NCBI GenBank assembly: GCA_049860595.1
Contig: CP187551.1
Length of the DNA: 64,000 nt
Reading direction: 5' to 3' (one strand)
From: Methanocaldococcus sp. 16A
Lineage (GTDB): Archaea > AGJL01 > Methanococci > Methanococcales > Methanocaldococcaceae
A program made the translations under genes and the position numbers. A model generated the notes under the pieces. That model did no database searches, had not been told where the DNA came from, and saw only the letters and a program-made list of their open reading frames with translations. The first letter of the stretch is position 1. Every line of letters begins with the position of its first letter. Positions 41,240-53,250 of the stretch are shown one piece after another.

Positions 41240-42775
41240 GTGTTTATGGATTTAAAAAAGAAATTGTATCAAATTATTCTCATCGCAGTATTGCTAATTT
41301 TGATGTATGCAATTGCTCCAATACTTCATCCATTTGCTATGTTTTTCTACAAAAATCCAATTGTAATTGAGTTGGGTATTTTAACAGTAGCAATTATTGG
41401 ATTTTTATCTTATAAAAGAAGAATAGATGAGATTTTTCATAACATAGCAATAATCTTTTTAATATTTTTTGTTATACTCTCTCCTCTATTGTATGTTACT
41501 AATGCTTACTCTCTAACAACTCTACAAAAAGAAAATATTCCAAAAGAATTGAGAGATTTTGAGGAATTTGATTTCAGTAATGATGGATATCTAAGAATAT
41601 TGCCAAAAAAGGTTGCAGAGACATATATGATTTCTTCCTTAGAGTATCCAAGATATACAATTGGAAATGTCCATATAACAACATTCAAAAACTCTATGTT
41701 TTGGTTTGCATACTTAGAACCTGATGGATTATTTAACAAAATCATTCTAAAATCTAAAGGGATATTTTTAATTCCAGCAAATACAACTGAAAGAGTTGTT
41801 GTAAGAGAAGAGAAAACTATAGAATACACACCGGGTCAGTTAGTTACTGATAATTTATATTGGAAGCTGTATAGGTTTGATTACTTTGCTGACTATGGAA
41901 AACCAAGAGTTGTTATCAAAAATAATGAAATATATACAATAGTTCCACAAATAAAGTATAAATTCCATTTATTTTATACGACACCATATTGGAGTGGTAT
42001 TGTTGTTATAGATGAGAAAGGAAATATAAAATACTACTCAAAAGAAGAAGCGTTAAAGGAATTTGGCAACTGTGTTATATTCCCAGAGAGTTTGGCTAGA
42101 AGAATAGTTGAATCACAAAACTATTGGAAGGAATCAGCAATAGCAAACATCTTAAATCTATGGTTTAAGCATGAAAATGAAATAGAACTTGTAGATACAA
42201 ATGGAAATAGACAACCATATTTAATTATGGTTAATAAAAAACCATACTGGGTTTTTGCTGTTGAACCTTATGGAAGAGCCTATGGAATTTCGAAGATTTT
42301 TGTAATTGGCATGGATGGAGAAATTAGAGAGTATAAATTCAGCGAACCAAAGATAGGTCCTATAAAAGCCAGGGACTATGTGCAGAAAACACTTCCAACC
42401 TACGATTGGGATAAGTTTGAGATTGTTGAACCATTGCCAATATTTGTTAATAACAAGTTATATTGGAGATATATTATAATTCCAAAATCAGGGGGAGGAA
42501 TTTCTAAGATAGTTTTAGTTGATGTTGAGACGGGAGATGTGAAAATATATAACTCTGCTGAAGAATATGCTTTATTTATAAGAAGTGGGAAAACTAAAGA
42601 AACAAAAAAAGTAACTATTAAAGATATTATAAAATATGAAAAGGATGGAAATACACATTGGATAATTGTTTTAAGCAACAACTCTTATGTAGAGTTATCA
42701 GCCAAAAATATGAGTATTGAAGAAATCATCAAGATAAATAACTTAAAACTTGGAGATGTTTATAATTGGAATTAA
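41240..42775 (+). CDS. Hypothetical membrane-anchored protein (3 N-terminal TM, large soluble domain)
   Basis: 511-aa ORF with GGAGGG RBS; hydrophobic N-terminal segments; no motif recognised. Confidence 0.6.
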   Translation: MFMDLKKKLYQIILIAVLLILMYAIAPILHPFAMFFYKNPIVIELGILTVAIIGFLSYKRRIDEIFHNIAIIFLIFFVILSPLLYVTNAYSLTTLQKENIPKELRDFEEFDFSNDGYLRILPKKVAETYMISSLEYPRYTIGNVHITTFKNSMFWFAYLEPDGLFNKIILKSKGIFLIPANTTERVVVREEKTIEYTPGQLVTDNLYWKLYRFDYFADYGKPRVVIKNNEIYTIVPQIKYKFHLFYTTPYWSGIVVIDEKGNIKYYSKEEALKEFGNCVIFPESLARRIVESQNYWKESAIANILNLWFKHENEIELVDTNGNRQPYLIMVNKKPYWVFAVEPYGRAYGISKIFVIGMDGEIREYKFSEPKIGPIKARDYVQKTLPTYDWDKFEIVEPLPIFVNNKLYWRYIIIPKSGGGISKIVLVDVETGDVKIYNSAEEYALFIRSGKTKETKKVTIKDIIKYEKDGNTHWIIVLSNNSYVELSAKNMSIEEIIKINNLKLGDVYNWN

Positions 42776-42870
42776 TATAGGACTTTCGCGGGGATAAGTT
42801 TTTATAAAGTATTTTATGCCTTTGGTATCGTATTTTCCTTATTAATTATATAAACTGCGAAAGTCCTATA
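42776..42870. repeat. Palindromic repeat copy
   Basis: TATAGGACTTTCGCGG...CTGCGAAAGTCCTATA. Confidence 0.85.
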
Positions 42871-42892
42871 AAAATAAAATTTTGGTGAGAGA

Positions 42893-43918
42893 ATGAAAGA
42901 AGTGGCAATAATTGGAGCTACTGGATATACAGGGGCTGAGTTGTTAAGATTATTAGCAAATCATGAAAAAGTTAATGTAACTTATATAACCTCAAGAAAA
43001 GAAGATGGAAATCATGTTTTTAAAGTCCATCCACATTTAAAAGGTATTGAAAAATATAAAGATTTGTATTTCACTGGAGATATTGATAAGGTTGAAGCAG
43101 ATTTAATATTTACTGCAACACCACACGGAGCTTCAATGGATATAGTTCCAGATTTTATTGAGAGGGGAATGAAAGTTATAGATTTAAGTGGAGATTACAG
43201 ATTTGAGGATTTAAGCTTATATGAAAAATATTATAAAATAAAACATAAAGGATTGCCAGATGTAAAAATTGCTTATGGATTGCCAGAGTTGCATAGAGAG
43301 GAAATAAAAAAAGCTCAACTTGTAGCAAATCCTGGATGTTTTCCTACTGGAGCTATTTTAGCAGTAACCCCATTAGTTAAAGAGAATATTATAGAGGAAA
43401 GAATTATATTTGACTCAAAAACTGGAGTTAGTGGAGCTGGAATAAATCCTACAGAAACTACCCACTTCCCAAATGTAAATGAGAACATAAACCCTTACAA
43501 AATAACTACTCACAGACACACTCCAGAGATTGAAAAAGAATTAAAAAAACTTGGAAAAGCAAAAGTTTCATTCACCCCTCACTTAGCTCCAATAACAAGA
43601 GGAATTTTAACAACTGCACATACATTTTTAGCTAAGGATGTTGATAGGGAAGAAATAATTAAACTATATGAAAAATTCTATGAGAATGAGATTTTTGTTA
43701 GAGTATTTTCAGATGAGATTCCAAAATTAACTTGGGTTAGGGGTGCAAACTTCTGTGATATTGGAGGGTTTGAGATAGATGAACATGGTAGATTGGTTGT
43801 TATCTCAGCAATAGATAATTTGGTTAAAGGGGCGAGTGGGCAGGCAATACAAAACATGAATATAATGTTTGGATTTGATGAAAAAGAAGGGTTATTTGGA
43901 ATTGGATTAAATCCATAA
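42893..43918 (+). CDS. argC: N-acetyl-gamma-glutamyl-phosphate reductase
   Basis: [39 protein letters not shown]. Confidence 0.97.
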   Translation: MKEVAIIGATGYTGAELLRLLANHEKVNVTYITSRKEDGNHVFKVHPHLKGIEKYKDLYFTGDIDKVEADLIFTATPHGASMDIVPDFIERGMKVIDLSGDYRFEDLSLYEKYYKIKHKGLPDVKIAYGLPELHREEIKKAQLVANPGCFPTGAILAVTPLVKENIIEERIIFDSKTGVSGAGINPTETTHFPNVNENINPYKITTHRHTPEIEKELKKLGKAKVSFTPHLAPITRGILTTAHTFLAKDVDREEIIKLYEKFYENEIFVRVFSDEIPKLTWVRGANFCDIGGFEIDEHGRLVVISAIDNLVKGASGQAIQNMNIMFGFDEKEGLFGIGLNP

Positions 43919-43950
43919 AATCCCTTTTTATTTTTTATAGAGGTGATTGT

Positions 43951-44622
43951 ATGAAAGTTGCTGTTTTGTATTCTGGAGGAAAAGATTCAAACTATGCTTT
44001 GTATTGGGCATTAAAAGAAGGTTTTGATGTAAAATATCTTGTGAATGTTGAGAGTGAAAATAAAGAAAGTTATATGTTCCACATTCCAAATGTGCATTTA
44101 ACTGAGTTGAGTGCTGAGGCAGTAGGTATTCCTTTAATAAAACTATATACAAAAGGAGAAAAAGAAAAAGAAGTAGAAGATTTAAAAAAAGGGCTTAAAA
44201 AATTAGATGTTGAGGGAATTGTTACTGGAGCGATAGCAAGTGTTTATCAGAAATCAAGGATTGACAGAATTTGTGAGGAACTTGGATTAAAATCTTTTTC
44301 CCCATTATGGCACAAAGACCCTGAATGGATTTTAAGAACTGTGAGTGAGCTTTTTGATGTTAGAATTGTTGGAGTTTATGCTTATGGATTAGGTAGAGAA
44401 TGGTTAGGAAAACGAATAACAAAAGAAAATATTGATAAATTATTAAATATTTGTGAAAAGTATGGAATACATAAAGCATTTGAAGGAGGAGAAGCTGAAA
44501 CATTCGTTTTTGATTCCCCAGTATTTAAAAAAAGAATTGAAGTTGTTGAAGCAGAGATAGAATGGCATGAAACTTGGGGAATCTACCATATTAAGAAAGC
44601 AAAATTAGTTGATAAGGAATAA
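43951..44622 (+). CDS. dph6: Diphthine--ammonia ligase (PP-loop ATPase)
   Basis: [21 protein letters not shown]. Confidence 0.88.
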   Translation: MKVAVLYSGGKDSNYALYWALKEGFDVKYLVNVESENKESYMFHIPNVHLTELSAEAVGIPLIKLYTKGEKEKEVEDLKKGLKKLDVEGIVTGAIASVYQKSRIDRICEELGLKSFSPLWHKDPEWILRTVSELFDVRIVGVYAYGLGREWLGKRITKENIDKLLNICEKYGIHKAFEGGEAETFVFDSPVFKKRIEVVEAEIEWHETWGIYHIKKAKLVDKE

Positions 44623-44631
44623 AGGGATATA

Positions 44632-45510
44632 ATGATTAGGATAGGAACAAGAGGTAGTAAGTTAGCATTATATCAAGCAAATAAGGTTGCTGAAAAATTA
44701 AAGAATTTAGGATATGATGTTGAGATAAAGATAATTAAAACAACTGGAGATAGAGTTTTAGATAAAAAACTTTCGGATATTGGTATTGGTGTCTTTACAA
44801 AAGAATTGGATTTGGCTATGTTAAATAATGAAATAGATATAGCTGTTCATAGCTTAAAGGATATTCCAACTATCTGGAATGAAAACTTAATGGTTGGGGC
44901 AGTTTTGGAAAGAGATAGTTATTATGATTTGTTAATTTGGAATAAAGATATTGATTTTGATGAAAATAGCGAGATAGTTATAGGAACTTCAAGTTTAAGA
45001 AGAAGAGCTTTTTTAAAGTTTATTTATACAAATGCAAAATTTGAACTGTTGAGGGGAAATGTAGATACAAGATTAAGAAAGCTAAAAGATGGGCTTTATG
45101 ATGCTATTGTTTTATCTGAAGCTGGAATAATTAGATTAGGGATTAATTTAGATGATTTTAACTATAAGAGGTTAGATATTCTTCCAGCTCCTGCTCAAGG
45201 AATTATAGCTGTTGCTTGTAAAAGAGATGATAAAGAGATGAGAAATATCTTAAAAGAAATTAACCATGAAAAAACTTATTTAGAATCAACTTGTGAAAGA
45301 ACTGCATTAAATGAATTTGGGGGAGGTTGTAGTGTTCCATTTGGAGCTTTAGCAATTTATGATGAAAAAAATAAAACATTAAAATTAAATGCAGGAGTTG
45401 TTATAAATGATGAGCTAAAAAAAGCTTTTGGAGAAATAAAATGTAAAATTGATGATGTTGATAAGGCTATTGAGCTTGGAAAAAAGATTGGGATTAAGTT
45501 GAAAAATTAA
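44632..45510 (+). CDS. hemC: Hydroxymethylbilane synthase
   Basis: GTRGSKLA, FTKELD, AVHSLKD, GTSSLRR, RGNVDTRL, GGCSVP. Confidence 0.97.
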   Translation: MIRIGTRGSKLALYQANKVAEKLKNLGYDVEIKIIKTTGDRVLDKKLSDIGIGVFTKELDLAMLNNEIDIAVHSLKDIPTIWNENLMVGAVLERDSYYDLLIWNKDIDFDENSEIVIGTSSLRRRAFLKFIYTNAKFELLRGNVDTRLRKLKDGLYDAIVLSEAGIIRLGINLDDFNYKRLDILPAPAQGIIAVACKRDDKEMRNILKEINHEKTYLESTCERTALNEFGGGCSVPFGALAIYDEKNKTLKLNAGVVINDELKKAFGEIKCKIDDVDKAIELGKKIGIKLKN

Positions 45511-45878
45511 TTTTTATATTTTTCTATGAAATTCTTTAATCTCTCCAAAACTTCATCAGACATTGCATGCTCTAGCTTACACGCCTCTTCAGAAGCTGTT
45601 TTTTCATCTAAAGCTAAAAACTCTACCAAGAATGTTTTGATAGTTTTATGCTTATCCAAGATTTTTTTAGCTTCTTCTAAACCTTTTTCTGTTAAAGATA
45701 TTCCAATATATGGCTCATAATTTATATAGCCTAATTTATGCAGCTTTTTTGCCATGTTTGTAACTGCTGATGGTTTTATATTTAATAATTTAGCTAATTC
45801 AGTTGTTTTTATTGGTCTATTGTTTTCTTTTGTAAATAGATAAATTCTCTCTAAGTAATCTTCAATACTTTGTGACAT
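45507..45878 (-). CDS. DtxR/MntR-family metal-dependent repressor
   Basis: EDYLERIY, SAVTNM..KL, YEPY, EEACKLEH; divergent from feoAB. Confidence 0.93.
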   Translation of the reverse strand: MSQSIEDYLERIYLFTKENNRPIKTTELAKLLNIKPSAVTNMAKKLHKLGYINYEPYIGISLTEKGLEEAKKILDKHKTIKTFLVEFLALDEKTASEEACKLEHAMSDEVLERLKNFIEKYKN

Positions 45879-45911
45879 GATGCCACCGAAAGGTTTTTAT
45901 ACTCTGCATGT

Positions 45912-45956
45912 AATTATTTAACTACAGTTAAAAGTTTTAATTATAGTTAAATAATT
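45912..45956. promoter_or_regulatory. Candidate DtxR operator: 45-bp inverted repeat containing two TTTAAYTAYAGTTAAA boxes
   Basis: 22-bp arms with 2 mismatches; lies between feoA BRE/TATA (CGAAAGGTTTTTATA, ~45887-45901) and the dtxR TATA. Confidence 0.6.
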
Positions 45957-45974
45957 TAATCATATATAAATATT

Positions 45975-46205
45975 GTGGTAGTTATGTATCCATTGGCTTT
46001 TGCTAAAGAGGGAGAGGAAGTCATTGTAAAGAGTATTAACGCTGGATGTGGAGCTATGCAGAGATTGACAAGTATGGGGATAAATATAGGGAGTAGAATA
46101 AAAGTTATAAGAAATCAAAATGGACCGGTAATAGTGTCAGCAAGAGGATGTAATATTGCAATAGGAAAGGGGTTAGCAATGAGAATAATTGTTGAAAGGG
46201 CGTAA
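45975..46205 (+). CDS. feoA: Ferrous iron transport protein A
   Basis: RLTSMGINIGSRIKV...IAIGKGLAMRIIV; precedes feoB. Confidence 0.92.
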   Translation: MVVMYPLAFAKEGEEVIVKSINAGCGAMQRLTSMGINIGSRIKVIRNQNGPVIVSARGCNIAIGKGLAMRIIVERA

Positions 46206-46282
46206 ATGTTTTGAAAAATGTTTTACAAAAAAGTATAAAACAATTATAATTAGTTTATTTAGTTTATAATGTTATTTACCAA

Positions 46283-48313
46283 ATGGTGGAGAAAATGGGT
46301 AATAAATATGAAATAGCTTTAATCGGCAATCCAAATGTTGGTAAATCTACACTATTTAATGCTTTAACTGGGGAAAACGTCTATATAGGAAATTGGCCTG
46401 GTGTTACAGTAGAAAAAAAAGAGGGAGAGTTTGAATTTAATGGAGAGAAATTTAAAGTTGTTGATTTACCTGGTGTTTATAGTTTAACAGCTAATTCTAT
46501 TGATGAAGTTGTTGCAAGGGATTACATAATAAATGAAAAACCAGACTTAGTTGTTAATATTGTTGATGCCACAGCCTTAGAGAGAAATCTATATTTAACT
46601 TTACAATTAATGGAGATGGGAGCTAATTTATTATTAGCTTTAAATAAAATGGATTTAGCAACGAGTTTAGGGATAGAGATTGATGTGAATAAATTAGAAA
46701 AGATTTTAGGAGTTAGAGTAGTTCCATTATCTGCAGTAAAAAAGATGGGCATTGATGAATTGAAAAAAGCGATATTTGAAGCAGTTAATAATAAAAAATT
46801 AGCAGAGATTAAATATCCACACTTTGAGCCATATATTAAAAAGATTGTATCAATTTTACAGAAAGATGAAAACTTAAAGAAATATAATTTAAGATATTTG
46901 GCTATAAAGTTACTTGAAAAAGATAATTATGTAGAAGAGATTGTAAAAAATAGCAAAGTTTGGAATGAACTAAATCCAGTTTTAGATAATATATTAAAAG
47001 AATTATCCAAAAAATACGGGGAGGCTGAGTTGGGAATAGTTGAAGAGAGGTATAAAGTTATTGATAAAATTGTTAAAGAAGCTGTTAAAAAGAAATCTGG
47101 AAAACTAACAACTACACAAATGCTTGATGATGTTTTAACTGATGAAAAAATAGGGACTTTATTGATGATTCCATTTCTATGGATGTTATTTAAGTTTACA
47201 TTTGATGTTTCAGCTCCGTTTTCAGCTATGATAGAGCATATCTTTGGATTTTTGGCAGAGGTTGTGAAATCATCTATATCTAATAAATTAATAGCTTCAT
47301 TATTAGCTGATGGTATTATTTCTGGGGTTGGGGCGGTTTTAGTATTTTTCCCAATATTGGCATTTTTGTTTTTTGCTTTGTCTTTCTTAGAAGATAGTGG
47401 ATATATGGCGAGAATTCCATTTATAGCAGATAGAGTTATGAATAAATTTGGTTTGCCAGGGAAAGCAGTAATTCCATTAGTTATGGGTTTTGGTTGTAAT
47501 GTTCCAGCAATAATGGCTGCAAGAACTATAGAAGATAAGAAAGATAGAATTCTAACCATATTAATAAATCCATTAATATCCTGCTCTGCAAGATTGCCTA
47601 TCTATGCATTATTTGCTGGAGCATTGTTTTCAAAATATCAAGGAATTGTGATTATAAGCATGTATGCTCTTGGGTTAGTTTTAGCTTTAATCACAGCAGT
47701 TCTATTTAGAAATTTTGTATTTAAAACATCTCCTTCATACTTAATTGTTGAACTTCCTCCCTACCATATCCCACATTTAAATATAGTCCTGAAAAATACT
47801 TGGGAGAGTGTTTATGACTTTTTAAGAAAGGCAGGGACAATAATAGTCTTTGGGGTTACGTTAGTTTGGCTTCTCTCTATTTATGGGCCTTCAGGATACT
47901 TAGGTGTGGAAGCTTTAGAGAATCCTCAAATAATAGCTAATTCTTATGTTGCATTAATTGGAAAAACTTTAGCTCCAATATTTAGCCCAATGGGTTGGGA
48001 TTGGAGAGCATGCTCTGCTTTGGTGTTTGGAGTTATAGCTAAAGAGGTTGTAGTTGGAACTTTAGCTATGCTATATGGGGTTGGAGAAGAAAATTTAACT
48101 CATATTATTGTAAATGCCTTCACTCCAGTATCAGCCTTAGCATTTATGGCATTCTCTTCACTATACCTCCCATGTATAGCAACATTGGCTGTAATTAAAC
48201 ATGAAATTGGGTGGAGATGGGCATTGTTTGCTGTTGCTTATGGAATAGCATTGGCTTATGTTGTAGCTTTAATAATCTCGGTTGTTGGAATGGGACTTTC
48301 GCAGTTTATATAA
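46283..48313 (+). CDS. feoB: Ferrous iron transport protein B
   Basis: [56 protein letters not shown]. Confidence 0.97.
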   Translation: MVEKMGNKYEIALIGNPNVGKSTLFNALTGENVYIGNWPGVTVEKKEGEFEFNGEKFKVVDLPGVYSLTANSIDEVVARDYIINEKPDLVVNIVDATALERNLYLTLQLMEMGANLLLALNKMDLATSLGIEIDVNKLEKILGVRVVPLSAVKKMGIDELKKAIFEAVNNKKLAEIKYPHFEPYIKKIVSILQKDENLKKYNLRYLAIKLLEKDNYVEEIVKNSKVWNELNPVLDNILKELSKKYGEAELGIVEERYKVIDKIVKEAVKKKSGKLTTTQMLDDVLTDEKIGTLLMIPFLWMLFKFTFDVSAPFSAMIEHIFGFLAEVVKSSISNKLIASLLADGIISGVGAVLVFFPILAFLFFALSFLEDSGYMARIPFIADRVMNKFGLPGKAVIPLVMGFGCNVPAIMAARTIEDKKDRILTILINPLISCSARLPIYALFAGALFSKYQGIVIISMYALGLVLALITAVLFRNFVFKTSPSYLIVELPPYHIPHLNIVLKNTWESVYDFLRKAGTIIVFGVTLVWLLSIYGPSGYLGVEALENPQIIANSYVALIGKTLAPIFSPMGWDWRACSALVFGVIAKEVVVGTLAMLYGVGEENLTHIIVNAFTPVSALAFMAFSSLYLPCIATLAVIKHEIGWRWALFAVAYGIALAYVVALIISVVGMGLSQFI

Positions 48314-48367
48314 AATTTATAATGTGGGAGGATGCCTTTAGAAATTCATTCCTGCGAAAGACCTATT
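48289..48367. repeat. Shortened palindromic repeat copy encoding the FeoB C-terminus
   Basis: AATGGGACTTTCGCAGTTTATATAA reads MGLSQFI-stop; right end CTGCGAAAGACCTATT. Confidence 0.8.
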
Positions 48368-48392
48368 GGAAATCTATTATAGGTGATTAGTT

Positions 48393-48821
48393 ATGGATAT
48401 AAAAAATATAAAGAATATTATGGTTTCTATATCTTTAGTATATGGAATTTTATTTTCAGTTTCTGGAATTATTGAGATAATAATTGGGGCTTATTCAATA
48501 TTAGGAGTTGAGATAAATTTACCTTTATTTGTTGGGGATGTATTTGGTGGTTTGGCATTATTGGCTGTGGGGATAACATACTTTTTGGGAGTAAAAAAAG
48601 CAGTAGATGAAGATATAAAAGCAGTTTCTTATTTATTTACAGCTTCAATCATTGGTTTGGGTATAGGAATAATTGCTTTTTTATTTTTAGTATCTAATGC
48701 TATTGGATTTTTGTTAGGTTTTGAGGATTGGGCAGATTGGAGTGTTTTTAATGATTTAACCATATATTTGATTTTAGGGGCGCTTGCAATAATTCCATAT
48801 AAAATTGTTAAAACATTATAA
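48393..48821 (+). CDS. Hypothetical membrane protein (4 TM) downstream of feoB
   Basis: Hydrophobic 142-aa ORF with AGGTGA RBS. Confidence 0.7.
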   Translation: MDIKNIKNIMVSISLVYGILFSVSGIIEIIIGAYSILGVEINLPLFVGDVFGGLALLAVGITYFLGVKKAVDEDIKAVSYLFTASIIGLGIGIIAFLFLVSNAIGFLLGFEDWADWSVFNDLTIYLILGALAIIPYKIVKTL

Positions 48822-48918
48822 AAATTATATTCTTAATTTTATTTTATTGATAGGATTGAAAAATTAGGAAATTAATAAAATTAAATAGAAAAAATAAAAA
48901 TTTTGTATTGTAATAAAA

Positions 48919-49314
48919 TTATTCAATAATCTCAATAGCTTTAAATGGACAAGCTTTCATACAATTTTTACAACCAACACACTCTTCCTCTTTAAACACT
49001 ACGTTATATTCTTCATCCATATATATTGCATTTATTGGACATTGAGTGATACAGCAACCACAATGCACACATTTCTCTAAATCTCTTTTTATAACCTTAG
49101 AGATTTCTTCAACTTCTCCAAACTTTGATAAATAATCTAAAGCTTTCTCTACTGTTTCTTTATTTCCAAACAACTCCAATATTAAAAATGCTTCCTGTGG
49201 CTCTACTTTTGCCTTTAAAATGTTTATCTTAACTCCTGTATTCAATATAGTATCAGAAATAACTGGCTCATTTATATGCTCTGAGGCAGTCCAGTAGTAT
49301 ATTCTCTTCCTCAT
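48919..49314 (-). CDS. NIL-domain ferredoxin; Fe-S partner of aspartate-semialdehyde sulfurtransferase
   Basis: NIL motif (INILKAKV) + [24 protein letters not shown]; overlaps upstream gene. Confidence 0.85.
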   Translation of the reverse strand: MRKRIYYWTASEHINEPVISDTILNTGVKINILKAKVEPQEAFLILELFGNKETVEKALDYLSKFGEVEEISKVIKRDLEKCVHCGCCITQCPINAIYMDEEYNVVFKEEECVGCKNCMKACPFKAIEIIE

Positions 49315-50840
49315 TTTTTCCCTCCGAATAATCTTGAGATATCTTCAGATGTTACAATACCAACAACTCTTCTATAGTCATCAACCACAGGAACTCCTGA
49401 AATGTTGTGTTTGCTCATCTTTCTTGCTACATGGTCAACTGGTTCATCTTCATGAGCAGTTATTACATTTCTTGTCATTATTTCTTCAATTGTTTTCTTA
49501 TTTTGAGCAAGAGCTTTAGCTATATCCCATGATGTAATAATTCCAACTAATCTTCCATATTCATCAACAATTGGTAGATGGTTTATGTTATGCTTTATTA
49601 GAATCTTAGCAGCTTCCATAATAGATATATTGCTTTGAGCAGTTATTGGGGGCTTGCTTAAGATATCTTTGACTAATGTTATTGGTGATTTCATTGGCTT
49701 ATATTCTGCTCTTCCTAATGTATCAACTCTTTCTGTTAATAGGAACTTTCCATCTAAAATCCATTGTTTGAGTGTTTCAGCAACTTCTCTAGCCATCTTA
49801 TAGCTTGAGACAGAACCAGTTTTTACAGTCTTTTCTATCTCTTTTCCATCTACATTAACTCTTAAAGTTATTTTTCCACTTCTTAATACTTTATAGTTTG
49901 TTTTTGCTATTAATGGTCTATCTCTTCTTGGAGTTCCATAGTCATAGATTGGAACTTCTATGTCTTCATCTCTAATAGCACATCTTTCAGCTATCTTTTC
50001 ATTTAAAACTGGAATTGGAATCCCTAAACCAACATATAAAGTACTTCCATATTTTGGCATTGTAGCAGCCCTTATAAATTTAGGGTCCATCTGCTTTAAA
50101 TCTCCTTTAACCATCAATGTTCCGAATGGTGGGTTGTGTTGTGTTCCCTCACCAATAACATATCCAATTCCTCCTCCTAAGAAAATTCTTGTTCCAATAC
50201 CTATTGTGTTAAATGATTTTGTTTCTGGATTATAGTCGTTTTGTAAAGGGTTGAGTTGCCCAGCTCCTGAGTAATGGACATTGTTGTATTCTGGTAGAAG
50301 AATTCCCATATATGTATAGATTTTTTCATCTCTACTGTTTGTTGCTGCTGCGTAGGTTTGATAACCGTTTCTTGGATTTACCATAATTGCCTGATTAACA
50401 TCATCTAATGTTATCTTAACATTAACATCTTTTCTTGGATAGCAATCTGTTGTGTAACCTTCAGCATAAAGTTCAACTTCTTTCCCTCTAACTAAATCCT
50501 CTATAACATGAGCTCCTCCATAATCAATATCTACATCAGGGTCTTCATTTGGCTGTGTAGCTCCTATATAGGTATCAACAGCTGCTAAACCTCCATAAGC
50601 TTCAACATTGTTTAAATAAATCTTTAACATCTTTATTGGAGGGTCAGAATGTCCAAAGTTTATAAATACACCAGATGAACACATAGCTCCAAATGTTCCT
50701 GTAGTTACAACATCAACATAGTCAGCTGCTCTCTTAGCTCCTTCCTCTTCAACAATTTTTATCATTTCTTCAGCAGTTACAACAACAGCTTCTCCTTTTT
50801 TAATCTTTTCATTAATTTCTTGAATTGTTTTCATAATCAT
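49311..50840 (-). CDS. L-aspartate semialdehyde sulfurtransferase (homocysteine synthesis; DUF39 + CBS pair)
   Basis: [25 protein letters not shown]-terminal CBS domains. Confidence 0.88.
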   Translation of the reverse strand: MIMKTIQEINEKIKKGEAVVVTAEEMIKIVEEEGAKRAADYVDVVTTGTFGAMCSSGVFINFGHSDPPIKMLKIYLNNVEAYGGLAAVDTYIGATQPNEDPDVDIDYGGAHVIEDLVRGKEVELYAEGYTTDCYPRKDVNVKITLDDVNQAIMVNPRNGYQTYAAATNSRDEKIYTYMGILLPEYNNVHYSGAGQLNPLQNDYNPETKSFNTIGIGTRIFLGGGIGYVIGEGTQHNPPFGTLMVKGDLKQMDPKFIRAATMPKYGSTLYVGLGIPIPVLNEKIAERCAIRDEDIEVPIYDYGTPRRDRPLIAKTNYKVLRSGKITLRVNVDGKEIEKTVKTGSVSSYKMAREVAETLKQWILDGKFLLTERVDTLGRAEYKPMKSPITLVKDILSKPPITAQSNISIMEAAKILIKHNINHLPIVDEYGRLVGIITSWDIAKALAQNKKTIEEIMTRNVITAHEDEPVDHVARKMSKHNISGVPVVDDYRRVVGIVTSEDISRLFGGKK

Positions 50841-50975
50841 AACCTCTACTTAATTTTTGGGTAATCTCTAAAATATATAAAAAGACATATAAAAATTTTA
50901 AAGTTTTAAACTATTAAAAAATTAAAATTAAATTATCAATTATGATAAATAGAAAATAAAAAAGAAATTATCACT

Positions 50976-52331
50976 TTAAATATCTTTATACATTAATTGT
51001 CTCAGTATTTGCCCTAACGGACCTCCAATTCTTAGCATTTTACCTTTTCTCAGCTTATCTATAGCATTTTTTGTAGTTTCATAGTATCTCAAAACCTCTC
51101 TAACGTCATTTTCTGTAGTTCCTGAACCTCTTGCAATTCTCCTTATCCTTGAAGCTTTAATAATCTTTGGGTTTTCTCTCTCTTCCTTAGTCATTGAGCT
51201 TATAATTACTTTATACTTCTTTATTTTTGCTTCAGTTAGATGAGAGAGTTCTTTAGGCATCGCTCCTCCAAATCCAGGAATCATACTTAAAATTTTTTTC
51301 ATTGAACCCATGTTTTCAATAGCTTCTAATTGGGTCATCAATTCATTTAAGGTAAATTTCCCTCTCATTATTGCATCTATACTTTCCTCTGTTTTTTCAT
51401 CAACCATATCTTCAGCTTTTTCTAATAAGCTATCCAAATCTCCCATCCCTAACAATCGAGATATAAATTTTTTAGGATCAAATGGTTCTAAATCATCTAT
51501 TCCTTCACCAATACCAATAAATTTTATAGGAGCTCCTGTTTCAGCAACTGCACTTAAAGCTCCCCCTCCTTTAGCAGAACCATCCAACTTTGTAACTATA
51601 ATACTTCCAATCTCTCCAACAGCTTCTTTAAATGCTTTAGCTTGAATTCCAGCTTGTTGCCCAATAGTTCCATCTATAACTAAAATAATTTCATCAGGAT
51701 TTGTAATATCTTTAATTTGCTTCATCTCCTCTAATAAGCCTTTTTCCTCTTTATGTCTTCCAGCAGTATCTATAATTAAAACATCTGCTTTCTTAAATTT
51801 CTCCAATCCTTCTTTAACAATTTCTAATGGAGATTTTGTTCTAGTCTCATCACCATACAATGGCACATGGATTTTTTCAGCTAACTGTTTTAATTGCTCA
51901 TAAGCTGCTGGCCTATAAGTGTCGGCAGCAATTAAAGCAGGTTTTAATCCTCTTTTTTGAATATATCTTGCTAATTTTGCTGCTGTTGTTGTTTTCCCAC
52001 TACCTTGAATCCCTACTAATAAAATAATATTTTGTCTTTTTGGACTTAATTCTAATTTTTTTGCTTCCTCTCCTAACAACTTAACCAATTCTTCATAAAC
52101 AATTTTTATAATATGTTCTTTCTTTGATAATCCTTTTGGAGTTTCTTCTTCTAAAGCTCTTCTTTCTATCTCTTTACTCATCTTTAAAACTAATTTTACA
52201 TTGACATCAGCTTGTATCAAAGCCCTTTGAATGTCTTTTATAACTTCCTTTATTAATTTTTTATCAACAAATGTAGCAGCTTTTAATTTATTTAAAGCTT
52301 TGTTTAAGCTTTCTCCTAATTTATCGAGCAT
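50976..52331 (-). CDS. srp54: Signal recognition particle 54 kDa protein
   Basis: [33 protein letters not shown] domain [11 protein letters not shown]. Confidence 0.97.
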   Translation of the reverse strand: MLDKLGESLNKALNKLKAATFVDKKLIKEVIKDIQRALIQADVNVKLVLKMSKEIERRALEEETPKGLSKKEHIIKIVYEELVKLLGEEAKKLELSPKRQNIILLVGIQGSGKTTTAAKLARYIQKRGLKPALIAADTYRPAAYEQLKQLAEKIHVPLYGDETRTKSPLEIVKEGLEKFKKADVLIIDTAGRHKEEKGLLEEMKQIKDITNPDEIILVIDGTIGQQAGIQAKAFKEAVGEIGSIIVTKLDGSAKGGGALSAVAETGAPIKFIGIGEGIDDLEPFDPKKFISRLLGMGDLDSLLEKAEDMVDEKTEESIDAIMRGKFTLNELMTQLEAIENMGSMKKILSMIPGFGGAMPKELSHLTEAKIKKYKVIISSMTKEERENPKIIKASRIRRIARGSGTTENDVREVLRYYETTKNAIDKLRKGKMLRIGGPLGQILRQLMYKDI

Positions 52332-52388
52332 AATATCACCAAATTAAACTCTATATAGGGCATAAATAAAAATTTTTCTATTTTTTAA

Positions 52389-52469
52389 AATAGAAGTTTT
52401 GCAGTTTATATACTCAATTTAAGAAAATTATGAAGGATGTAAAATATTTATTCTTGCAAAAGTCATATT
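52389..52469. repeat. Degenerate palindromic repeat copy
   Basis: AATAGAAGTTTTGCAGTTTATATA...TTGCAAAAGTCATATT. Confidence 0.6.
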
Positions 52470-52484
52470 AATTTGAGATTTGCT

Positions 52485-53054
52485 TTAATCAGCTCTCCAT
52501 CTTTTAAATAGGTTGTTTTCTATTCCTAAGATGTCTAAAATCCTCCCAACAACAAAATCTACTATATCATCAACAGTTTTTGGTTTGTGGTAGAAAGCAG
52601 GAATTGGTGGCATTATAACAGCTCCTAAATTTGATAATTTGAGCATATTTTCTAAATGTATGCTGTTTAATGGCATTTCTCTTGGCATAATAATTAATTT
52701 CCTTCTTTCTTTTAGAGCAATATCGCAAACTCTAACTATTAAATTAGCAGAATATCCGTTAGCAATAGCTGAGAGAGTTTTCATTGAGCAAGGTATAACT
52801 ATGACGGCATCAAATTTGTTTGAGCCAGAAGCAATTGGAGAGAAAAAGTCATTATTTTCATAATAATTAGAAGCTAATTTTTTTAACTCTTTCCAATCAA
52901 TGTTAAGTTCCTCTTTAATTATTTTCTTAGCTGAATTTGAGATAATTAGATTAACTTCAGCTCTATCTTTTAAAACCTCTAATAATCTTTTTGCGTAAAT
53001 AACTCCACTCGCTCCGGTTATGCAAACAATAATTTTCATTTTATCACAGAACAT
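52485..53054 (-). CDS. ubiX: Flavin prenyltransferase
   Basis: ITGASG, IASGS, PCSMKTLSAIANG, RE.PL, PAFYHKP. Confidence 0.95.
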   Translation of the reverse strand: MFCDKMKIIVCITGASGVIYAKRLLEVLKDRAEVNLIISNSAKKIIKEELNIDWKELKKLASNYYENNDFFSPIASGSNKFDAVIVIPCSMKTLSAIANGYSANLIVRVCDIALKERRKLIIMPREMPLNSIHLENMLKLSNLGAVIMPPIPAFYHKPKTVDDIVDFVVGRILDILGIENNLFKRWRAD

Positions 53055-53138
53055 TCTTTTAATAATTTTTACATATATCTAAATATATGGATACACCTAA
53101 TTAAAAATAAATATTATCAAAAAACAACAATAAAAAAA

Positions 53139-53250
53139 TGGTGCCGAGGGAGGGATTCGAACCCTCGACCTCCCGGTTTCCCAGGACCCAGGCAAAAAGC
53201 CTGGGATGTCCGTATGAGCCGGGCGCTATAACCAGCTAAGCCACCTCGGC
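53139..53250 (-). tRNA. tRNA-Met(CAT), elongator type, with 35-nt intron (53178-53212) at position 37/38
   Basis: GCCGAGG acceptor, CCCGG-CTCATA/A-CCGGG anticodon arm interrupted by intron with hairpin CCCAGGC-TTTTT-GCCTGGG; encoded CCA. Confidence 0.92.

Noticed and set aside
53178-53212. tRNA-Met intron as a novelty
   Set aside because: Canonical position 37/38 archaeal intron, expected in this lineage
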